54,499 nt of DNA from Chloroherpeton thalassium (lineage in GTDB: Bacteria > Bacteroidota > Ignavibacteria > Kapaibacteriales > UBA2268). The stretch spans positions 16,782 through 71,280 of the forward strand of contig DYPF01000001.1 of NCBI GenBank assembly GCA_020720105.1. Direction: 5' to 3'. Both the position numbers and the translations under genes were made by a program. Below are positions 18,024-26,642 of this stretch, one piece after another (position 1 is the first letter of the stretch; every line of letters starts with the position of its first letter). A model generated the notes under the pieces. It had not been told where the DNA came from. It was given only the letters and a program-made list of their open reading frames with translations, and did not search any database.

Positions 18024-18647
18024 TTAATCCTCATCTTTTAGATATTTGATAATTCTAATTGCGTCTATTTTGAATTGGTCTTCTTTTGTGTGAAGTTCGA
18101 TAAATTTCTGGAAATAATCTATAGCTTCTTTATTCTTTTCGGCATAGTAAAATACTAATGCTTGACCGTAAATTGTAAATTCGTTTGTAGGATTAATTCT
18201 TTGAGCAAGACGATAATAATACAATGCTTCTTCGTCCTCTTCCAAGTCTAAATGAATATTTGCTTTTTCGTAAAAAGCTTCAAATTTTGTAGAATCTAAT
18301 TTTATCGCTTTTTCTAAATCTCGTAATCCTTCGGAATATTTTTTGATATTGCGGTAACAAATTGCTCTGCCAACATAAGCATTGTAATTTGTATCTTCTT
18401 TACTTATTAAGAATGAAAAATCGTCAATAGCTCTTTGGTATTCATTTAACTTTAATAAAGCAATTCCTCGACTATAATAAATTGGCAAGTAGTTTGAATT
18501 TGTAGAAATGATTTTTGAATAAGCATCTACTGCTTCGTTGTAATACCCATCTATTAGTGACTGATTTGCCTTTTCTAAATCTGATTTTTGAGCAAAAGAA
18601 ATGCAACTAAAAATAACGATAAAAAATATGTAGGAGATAATTTTCAT
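18024..18647 (-). CDS. secreted TPR-repeat protein
   Basis: 207 aa. Signal peptide MKIISYIFFIVIFSCISFAQ, then repeated A..Y..A/G...P-type TPR units (...YYNEAVDAYSKII..., ...EYQRAIDDFSFLI..., ...KYSEGLRDLEKAIKLD...). Confidence 0.75.
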   Translation of the reverse strand: MKIISYIFFIVIFSCISFAQKSDLEKANQSLIDGYYNEAVDAYSKIISTNSNYLPIYYSRGIALLKLNEYQRAIDDFSFLISKEDTNYNAYVGRAICYRNIKKYSEGLRDLEKAIKLDSTKFEAFYEKANIHLDLEEDEEALYYYRLAQRINPTNEFTIYGQALVFYYAEKNKEAIDYFQKFIELHTKEDQFKIDAIRIIKYLKDED

Positions 18648-18684
18648 TTCAAACCAAAATTAATTTTGTTAATCTATTAAATTA

Positions 18685-18692
18685 CAAAATTA
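18685..18692 (-). promoter_or_regulatory. candidate -7 box TAATTTTG for the TPR-GT4 operon
   Basis: TAnnTTTG match on the minus strand, 38 nt upstream of the ATG at 18647. A second match lies at 18655-18662. Confidence 0.3.
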
Positions 18693-18733
18693 ATGCCAAT
18701 TTGCAATTATCCAGCTAAAATAAAAGAAATAAT

Positions 18734-18767
18734 AAAAAAAAAGGTAGATTGGTCAAGTAATCTACCT
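18734..18767 (-). terminator. intrinsic terminator after tonB
   Basis: AGGTAGATT-acttgacc-AATCTACCT hairpin (18742-18767) followed on the minus strand by a run of about eight U (A-run 18734-18742 on the plus strand). It begins 25 nt after the tonB stop. Confidence 0.8.
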
Positions 18768-18791
18768 TTTTAATAATTAAAATTATGAGAA

Positions 18792-19568
18792 CTAACGTAA
18801 CCTAAATTGAATTGGAATTGATATCCAACAAGTTATTGGTTCTTGGTTTTGAATAGCAGGAGTAAACCTGCCATATTGTCTAATTGCATTTTCTGCAGAT
18901 TCATTTAATAAACTGTTGTCAGAATCTTCAATAAACATTTTGCGAACGTTACCATCTTTGCCGATAAGAACACGGATTGTAACTCTACCTTCAATGCCAG
19001 CACGTTTAGCCAAATCTGGATAAACTACTAATTGTTGAAGACGAGAATAGTCTACACCTGGTTCTTTTTCAACTGGAATAAATTCATCAGGTTCGGGTTC
19101 TTTTTCCTTTTGCTTCACATCTACATTTCCGCTTCCTTCAAAATTAATATTTGAAGCAAAGCCACCTAAATCTAATCCAGTACCACCTTCTGCTGAAGCT
19201 CTGTTCATAATGTCGATTGTTGCAAACTCTTGCATATCGGGTGTTATTTGAGCATCAGGCACAGGTACAGGAATACCAGCACGTGCAGCAGGACCATTAT
19301 TGAGAACTTGCTCAACAGGTGGTGGCGCATCTAATGCTTCGTCTTGTGGAGGTAAATCCACAATATCTATCTTGGCTATTGGTGGTAATTTCTTTAATTT
19401 TGGCTTAGCATTTTCATACTTTGTATAACCAAAATATAAGAAAAATAATCCTAAAAAAATAGCAGCAGTAATGATAAATCCCTTATAGGTAAATTTATTA
19501 ATAAAGCCTTTTAATTCCCTTGCACCATAGCGAGGAATATCGATAATATTTTGAACTATTTCTGTCAT
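18792..19568 (-). CDS. tonB: energy transducer TonB
   Basis: N-terminal TM, Pro-rich spacer (...DLPPQDEALDAPPPVE...PVPVPD...) and TonB C-terminal domain (...YPDLAKRAGIEGRVTIRVLIGKDGNV...). Confidence 0.85.
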   Translation of the reverse strand: MTEIVQNIIDIPRYGARELKGFINKFTYKGFIITAAIFLGLFFLYFGYTKYENAKPKLKKLPPIAKIDIVDLPPQDEALDAPPPVEQVLNNGPAARAGIPVPVPDAQITPDMQEFATIDIMNRASAEGGTGLDLGGFASNINFEGSGNVDVKQKEKEPEPDEFIPVEKEPGVDYSRLQQLVVYPDLAKRAGIEGRVTIRVLIGKDGNVRKMFIEDSDNSLLNESAENAIRQYGRFTPAIQNQEPITCWISIPIQFRLR

Positions 19569-19570
19569 TT

Positions 19571-20149
19571 TTATAACCCCTTTAATCTTTCAACATCTTC
19601 AGGTAATAACGGTGCTATAGTAAATCTTCTTTGACGTTCCACTGGTTTGCCAGTCTCTGGATCTATATCTTTTTTCATCTTATCAACGATGATACCTTCT
19701 GCTACGTTTAATTGATCCAAAACTGTTACTACTAAACCATAAGGAGCATCTCCAGATGAATATAGAGCAACAATTAGTTTATTAAAATGTTCTTCTTTAA
19801 GATTTTCTCTTGCAGAAATATCACTAATTTGGGTCAATTTTTTAGGATCAATTCTTTCGGGTTCGTCCTTGCCCATAGCAAAGAAAACAGCACCATCATC
19901 GCGCACATAAAACTGTAATAATTGCGATTCAGCAACTTCCACTTCTTCGGTTTCTGGTGGAACAGACATTTCCATAACTTGTGGGGCAGCCATTGTTGTT
20001 GTGAACATAAAGAATGTTAACAACAAAAAGGTGATGTCCACTAATGGAGTCATATCTATTCTAAAACCAACTCTTTTCTTGGTCTTTCTCTTGCTACTAC
20101 CACGTTTGGTTTTGCCTCCGCCACCTAACGATTCGCCTCCTCCAGACAT
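19571..20149 (-). CDS. exbD: biopolymer transport protein ExbD/TolR (copy 2, Gly/Lys-rich N-terminal extension)
   Basis: ...RIDMTPLVDITFLLLTFFMF... is the ExbD TM signature. It is preceded by MSGGGESLGGGGKTKRGSSKRKTKKR. Confidence 0.85.
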   Translation of the reverse strand: MSGGGESLGGGGKTKRGSSKRKTKKRVGFRIDMTPLVDITFLLLTFFMFTTTMAAPQVMEMSVPPETEEVEVAESQLLQFYVRDDGAVFFAMGKDEPERIDPKKLTQISDISARENLKEEHFNKLIVALYSSGDAPYGLVVTVLDQLNVAEGIIVDKMKKDIDPETGKPVERQRRFTIAPLLPEDVERLKGL

Positions 20150-20194
20150 AATTATCTCCTTTCTTAATATACTAATTAATTAAATAAAAAGTTA

Positions 20195-20707
20195 CTAAGC
20201 TCCTTTCTTCTCTGTTACGAAAGTGAATTTAGTTGCTTGTTTCCTTCTTAAGATATCCATTGCATCTTGGATCCACTGGAATCTTAAACGTCTGTCTGCA
20301 TCAATAGCAAATTTAGTAGTAGGTTGTACAAGTCTTGTTCCTCTAACTAATTCCTCTAAAAGTTCCTTAGTAACTTTTAATTGAGGCTCTGCTCTTTGTT
20401 CTTCTGTTAATGCCGAAATACTACCCCAAACTTTTGCTCTATCAGTTTCGTTACTCAATTCATAATAGTAATTAGTATCGAGAGTAACTGAATCAATTGC
20501 AATTTTAATAACTGCTAAATTATTTTGCGGTATAGTTGTAGTATCAGGCGATACTTTTGGTCTTTGTATTGTAAATTTCTGTTGGTTTTCAGCCTCACTT
20601 TTAAATTTTGCTGTAAACATAAAAAATGTTAGCAACAGAAAAGTGATATCCACCAACGGTGTCATATCTATTACAAAGCCTACTCTCTTCTTTTTTACTT
20701 TTGGCAT
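20195..20707 (-). CDS. exbD: biopolymer transport protein ExbD/TolR (copy 1)
   Basis: ...VIDMTPLVDITFLLLTFFMF... is the ExbD TM signature. 170 aa. Confidence 0.85.
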   Translation of the reverse strand: MPKVKKKRVGFVIDMTPLVDITFLLLTFFMFTAKFKSEAENQQKFTIQRPKVSPDTTTIPQNNLAVIKIAIDSVTLDTNYYYELSNETDRAKVWGSISALTEEQRAEPQLKVTKELLEELVRGTRLVQPTTKFAIDADRRLRFQWIQDAMDILRRKQATKFTFVTEKKGA

Positions 20708-20731
20708 AGTAGACTCCTAAAATTAATGGAA

Positions 20732-21514
20732 TTACTTCTTAATTCTTATAGTGAATATTTCCATTACGTTTAGTATAGCCTCGTCAATCATATAAACAAA
20801 ACTATCAACTTTTGTTGTAAAGAAGTTGAAAGCAACAATTGAAATAATAGCGCCAATAAGACCACCAGCTGTATTATACAATGCTTCAGAAATACCGATA
20901 GATAATTGTACTGCTGATACTGTGCCGCTTACTGCTAACGCTTGGAATGCTCTAATCATACCTAATGTTGTTCCTAACAAACCAACCATAGTTGCAATTG
21001 AAGCTACTGTTGATAACATTACTAAGTTCTTCTCTAAAAGTGGAGTTTCTAAGTTCATGGATTCATCGATTGAACGTTGAATTTCTGCTAATTTTCTATC
21101 ACCAGCGTATTCTGGGTCTTTTTCAATATCTCTGAATCTTTGAATTGCTGCACGCAATACATTAGCAACACTGCCTCTTTGTTTGTCGCATTTAGCCAAA
21201 GCTGAATCTAATTCACCTTTTTCTAAGTCTTTTGCAACGCCAGAAATGAATACAGCAGGATTGCCTTTTCCTTGTGCTTTTTTGATTGAGAACAATCTTT
21301 CGAAAACGTAAGTGATTGAAACAATGATTAATGCCATCAATAAACCAACAAGCGGACCACCAGTATAAATAGTACCTAAAATGTTGCCTGGTTTTGGTTC
21401 ATGTTTTAACATTGGATCAAGAAAGTTGCCGCTATTACCTAATATAACGTAAAAAATGGCGAATCCAACTACGAGTGATAATGTAATCACAATTAGATTA
21501 ACGTAGTTTTTCAT
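20732..21514 (-). CDS. exbB: MotA/TolQ/ExbB proton-channel protein
   Basis: 260 aa with three TM helices. ...LSTVASIATMVGLLGTTLGMIRAF... is the ExbB/TolQ signature. Confidence 0.85.
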   Translation of the reverse strand: MKNYVNLIVITLSLVVGFAIFYVILGNSGNFLDPMLKHEPKPGNILGTIYTGGPLVGLLMALIIVSITYVFERLFSIKKAQGKGNPAVFISGVAKDLEKGELDSALAKCDKQRGSVANVLRAAIQRFRDIEKDPEYAGDRKLAEIQRSIDESMNLETPLLEKNLVMLSTVASIATMVGLLGTTLGMIRAFQALAVSGTVSAVQLSIGISEALYNTAGGLIGAIISIVAFNFFTTKVDSFVYMIDEAILNVMEIFTIRIKK

Positions 21515-21535
21515 ATAAAACCTCGTGAAAATTTA

Positions 21536-21880
21536 TTAGTTTGAAAAATTTTTGATTGCTTCTTCAAGCGTTTCCGCTATTTTAAATACCAGTGTCAGTT
21601 TTGTTATCACAAAGATATTTTCTATTGATTTACTTATATTACAAAGAATCACTTCGCCTTGCCTTTTAACAAAATTAGAATGACTTGCTATTAATACTCC
21701 TAACGCCGTAGAGTTAAGATAAGTTACATCTGCAAGATTAATAATTAGTTTTTGCTCGTTACTCTCAGCAATTTCTTGCAATAATTGTTTTAGTTCATCA
21801 GTTTCTTCACCACCAATGAATTTTCCGCTTAAATGGAGTATTACTCCACCAATTTGTCTTTCTATTTTTAACTTTGCCAT
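21536..21880 (-). CDS. STAS-domain anti-sigma-factor antagonist (SpoIIAA/RsbV-like)
   Basis: 114 aa. ...LIINLADVTYLNSTALGVLI... carries the conserved phosphorylatable Ser context of anti-anti-sigma factors. Confidence 0.75.
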   Translation of the reverse strand: MAKLKIERQIGGVILHLSGKFIGGEETDELKQLLQEIAESNEQKLIINLADVTYLNSTALGVLIASHSNFVKRQGEVILCNISKSIENIFVITKLTLVFKIAETLEEAIKNFSN

Positions 21881-21902
21881 AATTTCTAATATTTAAGAAT
21901 TT

Positions 21903-21910
21903 CAAAATTA
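21903..21910 (-). promoter_or_regulatory. candidate -7 box TAATTTTG for the STAS-exbB-exbD-exbD-tonB operon
   Basis: TAnnTTTG match on the minus strand, 23 nt upstream of the STAS ATG (21880). Confidence 0.35.
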
Positions 21911-21972
21911 ACAAACTTTTGTGAAATACAAGTTAATTAAATTAACATAAATATAAACAAAATAAAAATATC

Positions 21973-22830
21973 TTATTTTTTCTCGATTATAAGTATCCTA
22001 TCCAAGTTGTTAAAATCTTTTATTTTTGTTGTTGCAACATTATCGATTTTGAATAATTCCACAATACTATCGCTTGTAAATTCATTTATTTCTAATATTA
22101 ATTGCATTTTCTGAGTAGATAATTTAATTATCTCTGCAAATTTTCTATAAAAAACTAATCCATCAGCATCATCAGTTAATGCAATTTTTGGCTCAAAAAA
22201 TAATTCTTCTTGTAAATTATTCTTTGAATACTGTTCTTTTGGAATATATGGAGGATTTGAAATAATTAAATCGAAATAAGAGAATGTAGAAAATTCAAAA
22301 AAGTCTGCTTTTTTAAATTTAATATTTTCTACTTTGTGCAATTCCTTATTTTCAAATGCTAAATCTATTGCATCTTGGGATATATCTATCCCATAAAATT
22401 CAGCAGCAGGAAATAATTTTGCAAGTGAAATCGATACGCATCCTGTTCCCACTCCAACTTCTAAAACCCTTGTTTTTGGTTTATTAATTTGAGAAATAAT
22501 TTCTTTGGATTGAATTACTAACAATTCTGTTTCTGGTCTGGGAATTAAAGCTCTTTTATCGCTAATGAACTTATTTCCATAGAATTCAACTTCTCCTAAT
22601 ATATATTGCAAGGGCTCAAACTTGGCTCTTCTATTAATTAATTCTTTAAGCTCGGATAATTGATTAGGCTTGAAAGGATAATCATATTTTAAGTATAAAT
22701 CAATTCTATTGCAATTCAGTACTTTGCAAAGCAAAAATTCAAAATTCAATCTTGGCTCGGATATATTTTTTGAAACAAAAAAATTCTTGCCCCAATTTAT
22801 TAATTCCGAAGTTGTCCAGATTTTATCCAA
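21973..22830 (-). CDS. prmC: peptide chain release factor N5-glutamine methyltransferase
   Basis: SAM motif VLEVGVGTGCVS and catalytic IISNPPYIP (NPPY). 285 aa, typical of HemK/PrmC. Confidence 0.85.
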   Translation of the reverse strand: MDKIWTTSELINWGKNFFVSKNISEPRLNFEFLLCKVLNCNRIDLYLKYDYPFKPNQLSELKELINRRAKFEPLQYILGEVEFYGNKFISDKRALIPRPETELLVIQSKEIISQINKPKTRVLEVGVGTGCVSISLAKLFPAAEFYGIDISQDAIDLAFENKELHKVENIKFKKADFFEFSTFSYFDLIISNPPYIPKEQYSKNNLQEELFFEPKIALTDDADGLVFYRKFAEIIKLSTQKMQLILEINEFTSDSIVELFKIDNVATTKIKDFNNLDRILIIEKK

Positions 22831-22836
22831 AATAAA

Positions 22837-23760
22837 CTATTTCTTTAAATATTCAGAAAGTAATGATAATACAGCCATTCGGATATACACGCCAGATGTA
22901 ACCTGAGTTTGAATCAAACAATTTGGATAAGTGCTAATGCGATAATCTAATTCAACTCCGTAATTCACTGGTCCTGGATGCATAACAACTAATTCTGGCT
23001 TTCTACTAATTTTTTCAGCTGTTACTCCAAAGAAATTTGAAAATTCTTCAATTGAAGGTAATAATCCGCTATTCATTCTTTCTCTTTGCAATCTTAGGAC
23101 AAGTAAAATATCCGACCATTCTATTGCTTCATCTAAATTAGTACAAAAATCCACATTCCATGGATTATTTTGTTGAGGTAATAATGTGCCTGGTCCTAAG
23201 AATTTTACTTCCATACCCAAAGTTTTCATCACATTGATATTGGAACGAGCTACACGGCTATGGAAAATATCACCTACAATTGTAATTTTAAGTCCTTCTA
23301 ATTTCCCAAAATGATTCAATAATGTATAATTGTCTAAAAGGGCTTGTGTTGGATGTTCGTGTTTTCCATCACCGGCATTTAGAATAATCCCACTTGTGTT
23401 TCTTTGAAGGAATTGTTGGGCACCACTACTACCATGCCGAATGACGTAAATCTGCACTCCCATTGCTTCTATGGTTTTTAAAGTATCAAGCAAGGATTCA
23501 CCTTTGGAGAGGCTTGAAGTGGATGCGGCAAAACCAATTGTATCAGCTGATAATCTTTTTGCAGCAATTTCGAAAGATAATTTTGTTCTTGTTGAATTCT
23601 CAAAGAAAGCCAAGGCTACAGAAATGCCTTTTAGGTCGTCAAAACGTGAACCTGGCGTGTAATTATCTTGAAAAAATTTTGCTCTTTGAAAAATAAGGTT
23701 GATGTCATCTCTTGTTAAATCTTCAGATGATAATAAATAAGGTTTTGAAATTGTCTGCAT
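22837..23760 (-). CDS. pyrB: aspartate carbamoyltransferase catalytic subunit
   Basis: ...FFENSTRTKLSFEIAAKRL..., ...HEHPTQALLD... and ...VMHPGPVNYGVE... are ATCase carbamoyl-phosphate and aspartate site motifs. Confidence 0.95.
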   Translation of the reverse strand: MQTISKPYLLSSEDLTRDDINLIFQRAKFFQDNYTPGSRFDDLKGISVALAFFENSTRTKLSFEIAAKRLSADTIGFAASTSSLSKGESLLDTLKTIEAMGVQIYVIRHGSSGAQQFLQRNTSGIILNAGDGKHEHPTQALLDNYTLLNHFGKLEGLKITIVGDIFHSRVARSNINVMKTLGMEVKFLGPGTLLPQQNNPWNVDFCTNLDEAIEWSDILLVLRLQRERMNSGLLPSIEEFSNFFGVTAEKISRKPELVVMHPGPVNYGVELDYRISTYPNCLIQTQVTSGVYIRMAVLSLLSEYLKK

Positions 23761-23797
23761 ATTGATGAAAAATTAACTTTTGTAAAAATAAATTCTA

Positions 23798-23805
23798 CAA
23801 AAATA
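23798..23805 (-). promoter_or_regulatory. candidate -7 box TATTTTTG for pyrB-prmC
   Basis: TAnnTTTG match on the minus strand, 38 nt upstream of the pyrB ATG (23760). Confidence 0.35.
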
Positions 23806-23960
23806 AATATTGTAAGTAATTTCACAAAAAAATGTTGAAAGAAATATATAAAAATTTACTCAAAAACAGAAAAAAACTAGTATTTTGTAATAAAATTGAT
23901 GAAAAAGAAAAAAATATTCCACTTTTTGTAATAAATTGTTCTTTTTAGTGTTATATATAT

Positions 23961-24560
23961 GTGAATGATTTTTCAAAATATTCGGAGATAGAACTTAGCT
24001 TCCTTATAAAGTCAGAAAAAAAGGATATTGCTAAAAAAGCTTTTGACGAGATCTATTATAGATATTCGTCAAGAATTTATACTCTTTGTTATAGATTTGT
24101 CCGAGATGCCGAGTCAGCCAAGGATATTTTTCAAGAAACATTCATAAAATTTTATGAAACAGCTACTACTAATAACGAAGGTGTTGAAAGAATTGGTGGT
24201 TATTTAGCAAAGATTGCAAGAAATTTGTGCATAAATCAAATTCGCAATAATAATAAAGTAAAAAAAGTTGATATCGTTAAAATAAGATTGTCAACAGTAG
24301 ATAATGACTATGAAAAAAAACAACAAAAGGAAGTTTTAGATTTAGCAATAGAACAATTGCCCGAAATCTATCGTGAAATGTTGATATTGAAAGAATATAT
24401 GGATTATAGTTACGACGAGATTGCTTTAATGACAAACCAAACTCGTACAAACGTTGGTGTACTTATTCACCGAGCAAAGATTATGCTTCGTGAAGTTTTT
24501 GTTAAAATGAATAAAATTGATGAAAAAAGAGAAAAGGAAAACTATGGAATTGAAAAATGA
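23961..24560 (+). CDS. ECF-type RNA polymerase sigma-70 factor
   Basis: Region 2 (...AKDIFQETFIKFYE...IARNLCINQIR) and region 4 HTH (...YSYDEIALMTNQTRTNVGVLIHRAKIMLRE). GTG start. The 3' end overlaps the next gene by 17 nt. Confidence 0.85.
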   Translation: MNDFSKYSEIELSFLIKSEKKDIAKKAFDEIYYRYSSRIYTLCYRFVRDAESAKDIFQETFIKFYETATTNNEGVERIGGYLAKIARNLCINQIRNNNKVKKVDIVKIRLSTVDNDYEKKQQKEVLDLAIEQLPEIYREMLILKEYMDYSYDEIALMTNQTRTNVGVLIHRAKIMLREVFVKMNKIDEKREKENYGIEK

Positions 24561-25842
24561 AGAATATTATTCTCAGAGGATAAGTGAATATTTAGATGGA
24601 GAATTAGGTTCTTTGGAAACAGGCGAATTATTCAACGAAATATCGAATAATCCGAGTTTGCAAGAAGAATTGAAAGATCAAATAAATTTAAGAAGTTTAT
24701 TTCAGCAAGAACTACTTCCTCCACCAAAACATTCAAGATTCTTCTTGTTGGGAAAACTTAATTTACAACGTTCTGCTGCAATAATTGGGCTTATTGCTAC
24801 TTTGTTTAGCGAAATTAAAAAAGTAATATTTAATCCAGCTTTTGGTGCAGCTGTGTTTGGAGCAGCACTTTTCATTTTTGGTTATTTCTTTACCCAAAAT
24901 GTAAAAGAGAACGAAACAAATTTAAGCAAAATAGATAAGCAACTTTTATCTGAAAATATTAATACAGAAGAAAAAAATACTAAAAATGATGATTTTATCA
25001 AACAAAATTCTGAACAAAACAAAATCAAAGCAAACATCATTACCGGAAAAAAGGAAGTATCAACAAATAAAGATAACAATCTTAATCAAAACAAACCGCT
25101 AATTATTGCCGAATTAACATCTCCAAAAAATCTTACAAAAACCGACAATAGCCAAGTTATGAGTAATAATGATTATCAAGATTTGACTCTTAAAAATCCA
25201 TCAAATTCTGTTCAAAATCAACAGCAAAATAAACAAGTTGCTTTTGAATTCAGAGAGATTCCATCTTCAAATTTTGTAAAAGATTTGTTTATGCTTAATT
25301 TAATCTATGATTACAGCAAGAAAATGGACGTAAATTATTTTGATTTTTCGTTTTTGGATAAAATGTCTTTATCTATTATTAAATCAGCAAATTACTCCAA
25401 TATTAAGACAAATTTAGAGCCATTAACTAATCCATTACTAAATAACTATTCACTTGCTTTAGCATATAATATTAATAAAAATAATTCTTTCTCAATTGAA
25501 TATGGACAAGAAAATTATCCTCAGAAATTCAGTGGATATATAAATGGAATGGCTGCCGATATCAATCAAGTTTATACTGCTCAATGGTATGGTTTGGCAT
25601 ATCAATATACATTTCATTCTTCAAACGAAAGATTATTATTAAATCCGTTTTTTAAAGTATTAGGTTCAGCAACAAAGATTGGACCATTATTTAAGTCATC
25701 TTTCGGATTGTCGTATCATATTAATGATAAACTATTATTGACCGCTGGAGTAGAAGGTTCCCTATTATTATACCAGTTCCAAAATCAATCCTATGATACT
25801 CAGAAGTATGGATTTTTCTATGGAGTTAGAATTAATTTTTAA
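24544..25842 (+). CDS. anti-sigma factor with TM segment, Asn/Gln/Lys-rich linker and C-terminal beta-barrel-like domain
   Basis: The N-terminal ...ISEYLDGELGSLE... helix is typical of ECF anti-sigma factors. A hydrophobic segment (AFGAAVFGAALFIFGYFF) and a ~130-aa low-complexity linker follow. The last ~200 aa show alternating aromatic/hydrophobic beta patterning and end in ...YGVRINF (terminal Phe). ATG 24544 preferred over the track start 24517. Confidence 0.65.
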   Translation: MELKNEEYYSQRISEYLDGELGSLETGELFNEISNNPSLQEELKDQINLRSLFQQELLPPPKHSRFFLLGKLNLQRSAAIIGLIATLFSEIKKVIFNPAFGAAVFGAALFIFGYFFTQNVKENETNLSKIDKQLLSENINTEEKNTKNDDFIKQNSEQNKIKANIITGKKEVSTNKDNNLNQNKPLIIAELTSPKNLTKTDNSQVMSNNDYQDLTLKNPSNSVQNQQQNKQVAFEFREIPSSNFVKDLFMLNLIYDYSKKMDVNYFDFSFLDKMSLSIIKSANYSNIKTNLEPLTNPLLNNYSLALAYNINKNNSFSIEYGQENYPQKFSGYINGMAADINQVYTAQWYGLAYQYTFHSSNERLLLNPFFKVLGSATKIGPLFKSSFGLSYHINDKLLLTAGVEGSLLLYQFQNQSYDTQKYGFFYGVRINF

Positions 25843-25849
25843 AAAAAAT

Positions 25850-26599
25850 ATGAAGAAAATCCAAAACATATTATTCTTTTTAATTATAGTGATTATTTCA
25901 AGTAATTGTTCATCTCCATTAGATGTACCAGCTAATAGAAACATTAAATTTACTGAAGATAATTACGAAAATCCTTATGTAAAACTCAGTACAAATTATT
26001 TAAATTACGATTTTATTCATCCCGATTCAATAGTTGTAAAAACAGTATTTATACAAAATAAACTTCAACACAACTATCTAATTTCAAATTACAACTTATA
26101 TTTTGGAGATAATAATTTCAAAATTTTAAATAAAACTACACCTATTCTTTTAGCAGCAATTGGTGAGAATGGATGGGAGATTCCAATTGAGATACAATTT
26201 CAGGCTAAGTCACCAGGAGTATTTATTGATACATTAGTATTTGCAAATCTTGAATATACTTTTTGTATGGTAGAAGCTAAAGTTCCATATATTTTTGCAA
26301 ATGATTATGCAACTGATGATTTTAAGATTCTACAAAAAAACGAATTTTCTGTGAATTTTAAAAATATGAGTGAATTTTCTTCAACTATAAATGAAGTCAA
26401 ATTAGATGATAATACAAAAATAACTCTAAAAACAGGGCTGCCGATTACAATTAATCGTAATTCAAATACGATGCTTACGTTTGAATATTTTTCTGATGTT
26501 CCTGAAGTTGTTGCTGTAAATATAAAATTTTCGCTCATTACAGAAGCAAATAGAAGTTTAGTAGATAGTACTTGTAAAATCAAAATCATTTCCAAATAA
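25850..26599 (+). CDS. predicted lipoprotein, unknown function
   Basis: MKKIQNILFFLIIVIISSNC is a signal peptide plus lipobox Cys. The body is beta-rich. Starts 8 nt after the anti-sigma stop. ATG 25850 preferred over the track start 25793. Confidence 0.6.
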   Translation: MKKIQNILFFLIIVIISSNCSSPLDVPANRNIKFTEDNYENPYVKLSTNYLNYDFIHPDSIVVKTVFIQNKLQHNYLISNYNLYFGDNNFKILNKTTPILLAAIGENGWEIPIEIQFQAKSPGVFIDTLVFANLEYTFCMVEAKVPYIFANDYATDDFKILQKNEFSVNFKNMSEFSSTINEVKLDDNTKITLKTGLPITINRNSNTMLTFEYFSDVPEVVAVNIKFSLITEANRSLVDSTCKIKIISK

Positions 26600-26642
26600 T
26601 TTCGTTTAGTTATATATTATAATTAAACAAATCTGCAATTCA

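Noticed and set aside
23778-23937. Three direct copies of TTTTGTAA(A/T)AA(T)AAATT (23778, 23883, 23924) in the pyrB / ECF-sigma divergent spacer as regulator binding sites
   Set aside because: The motif is low-complexity A/T sequence in an extremely AT-rich spacer. None of the copies matches the TAnnTTTG box exactly in the plus orientation, so chance recurrence cannot be excluded without statistics.
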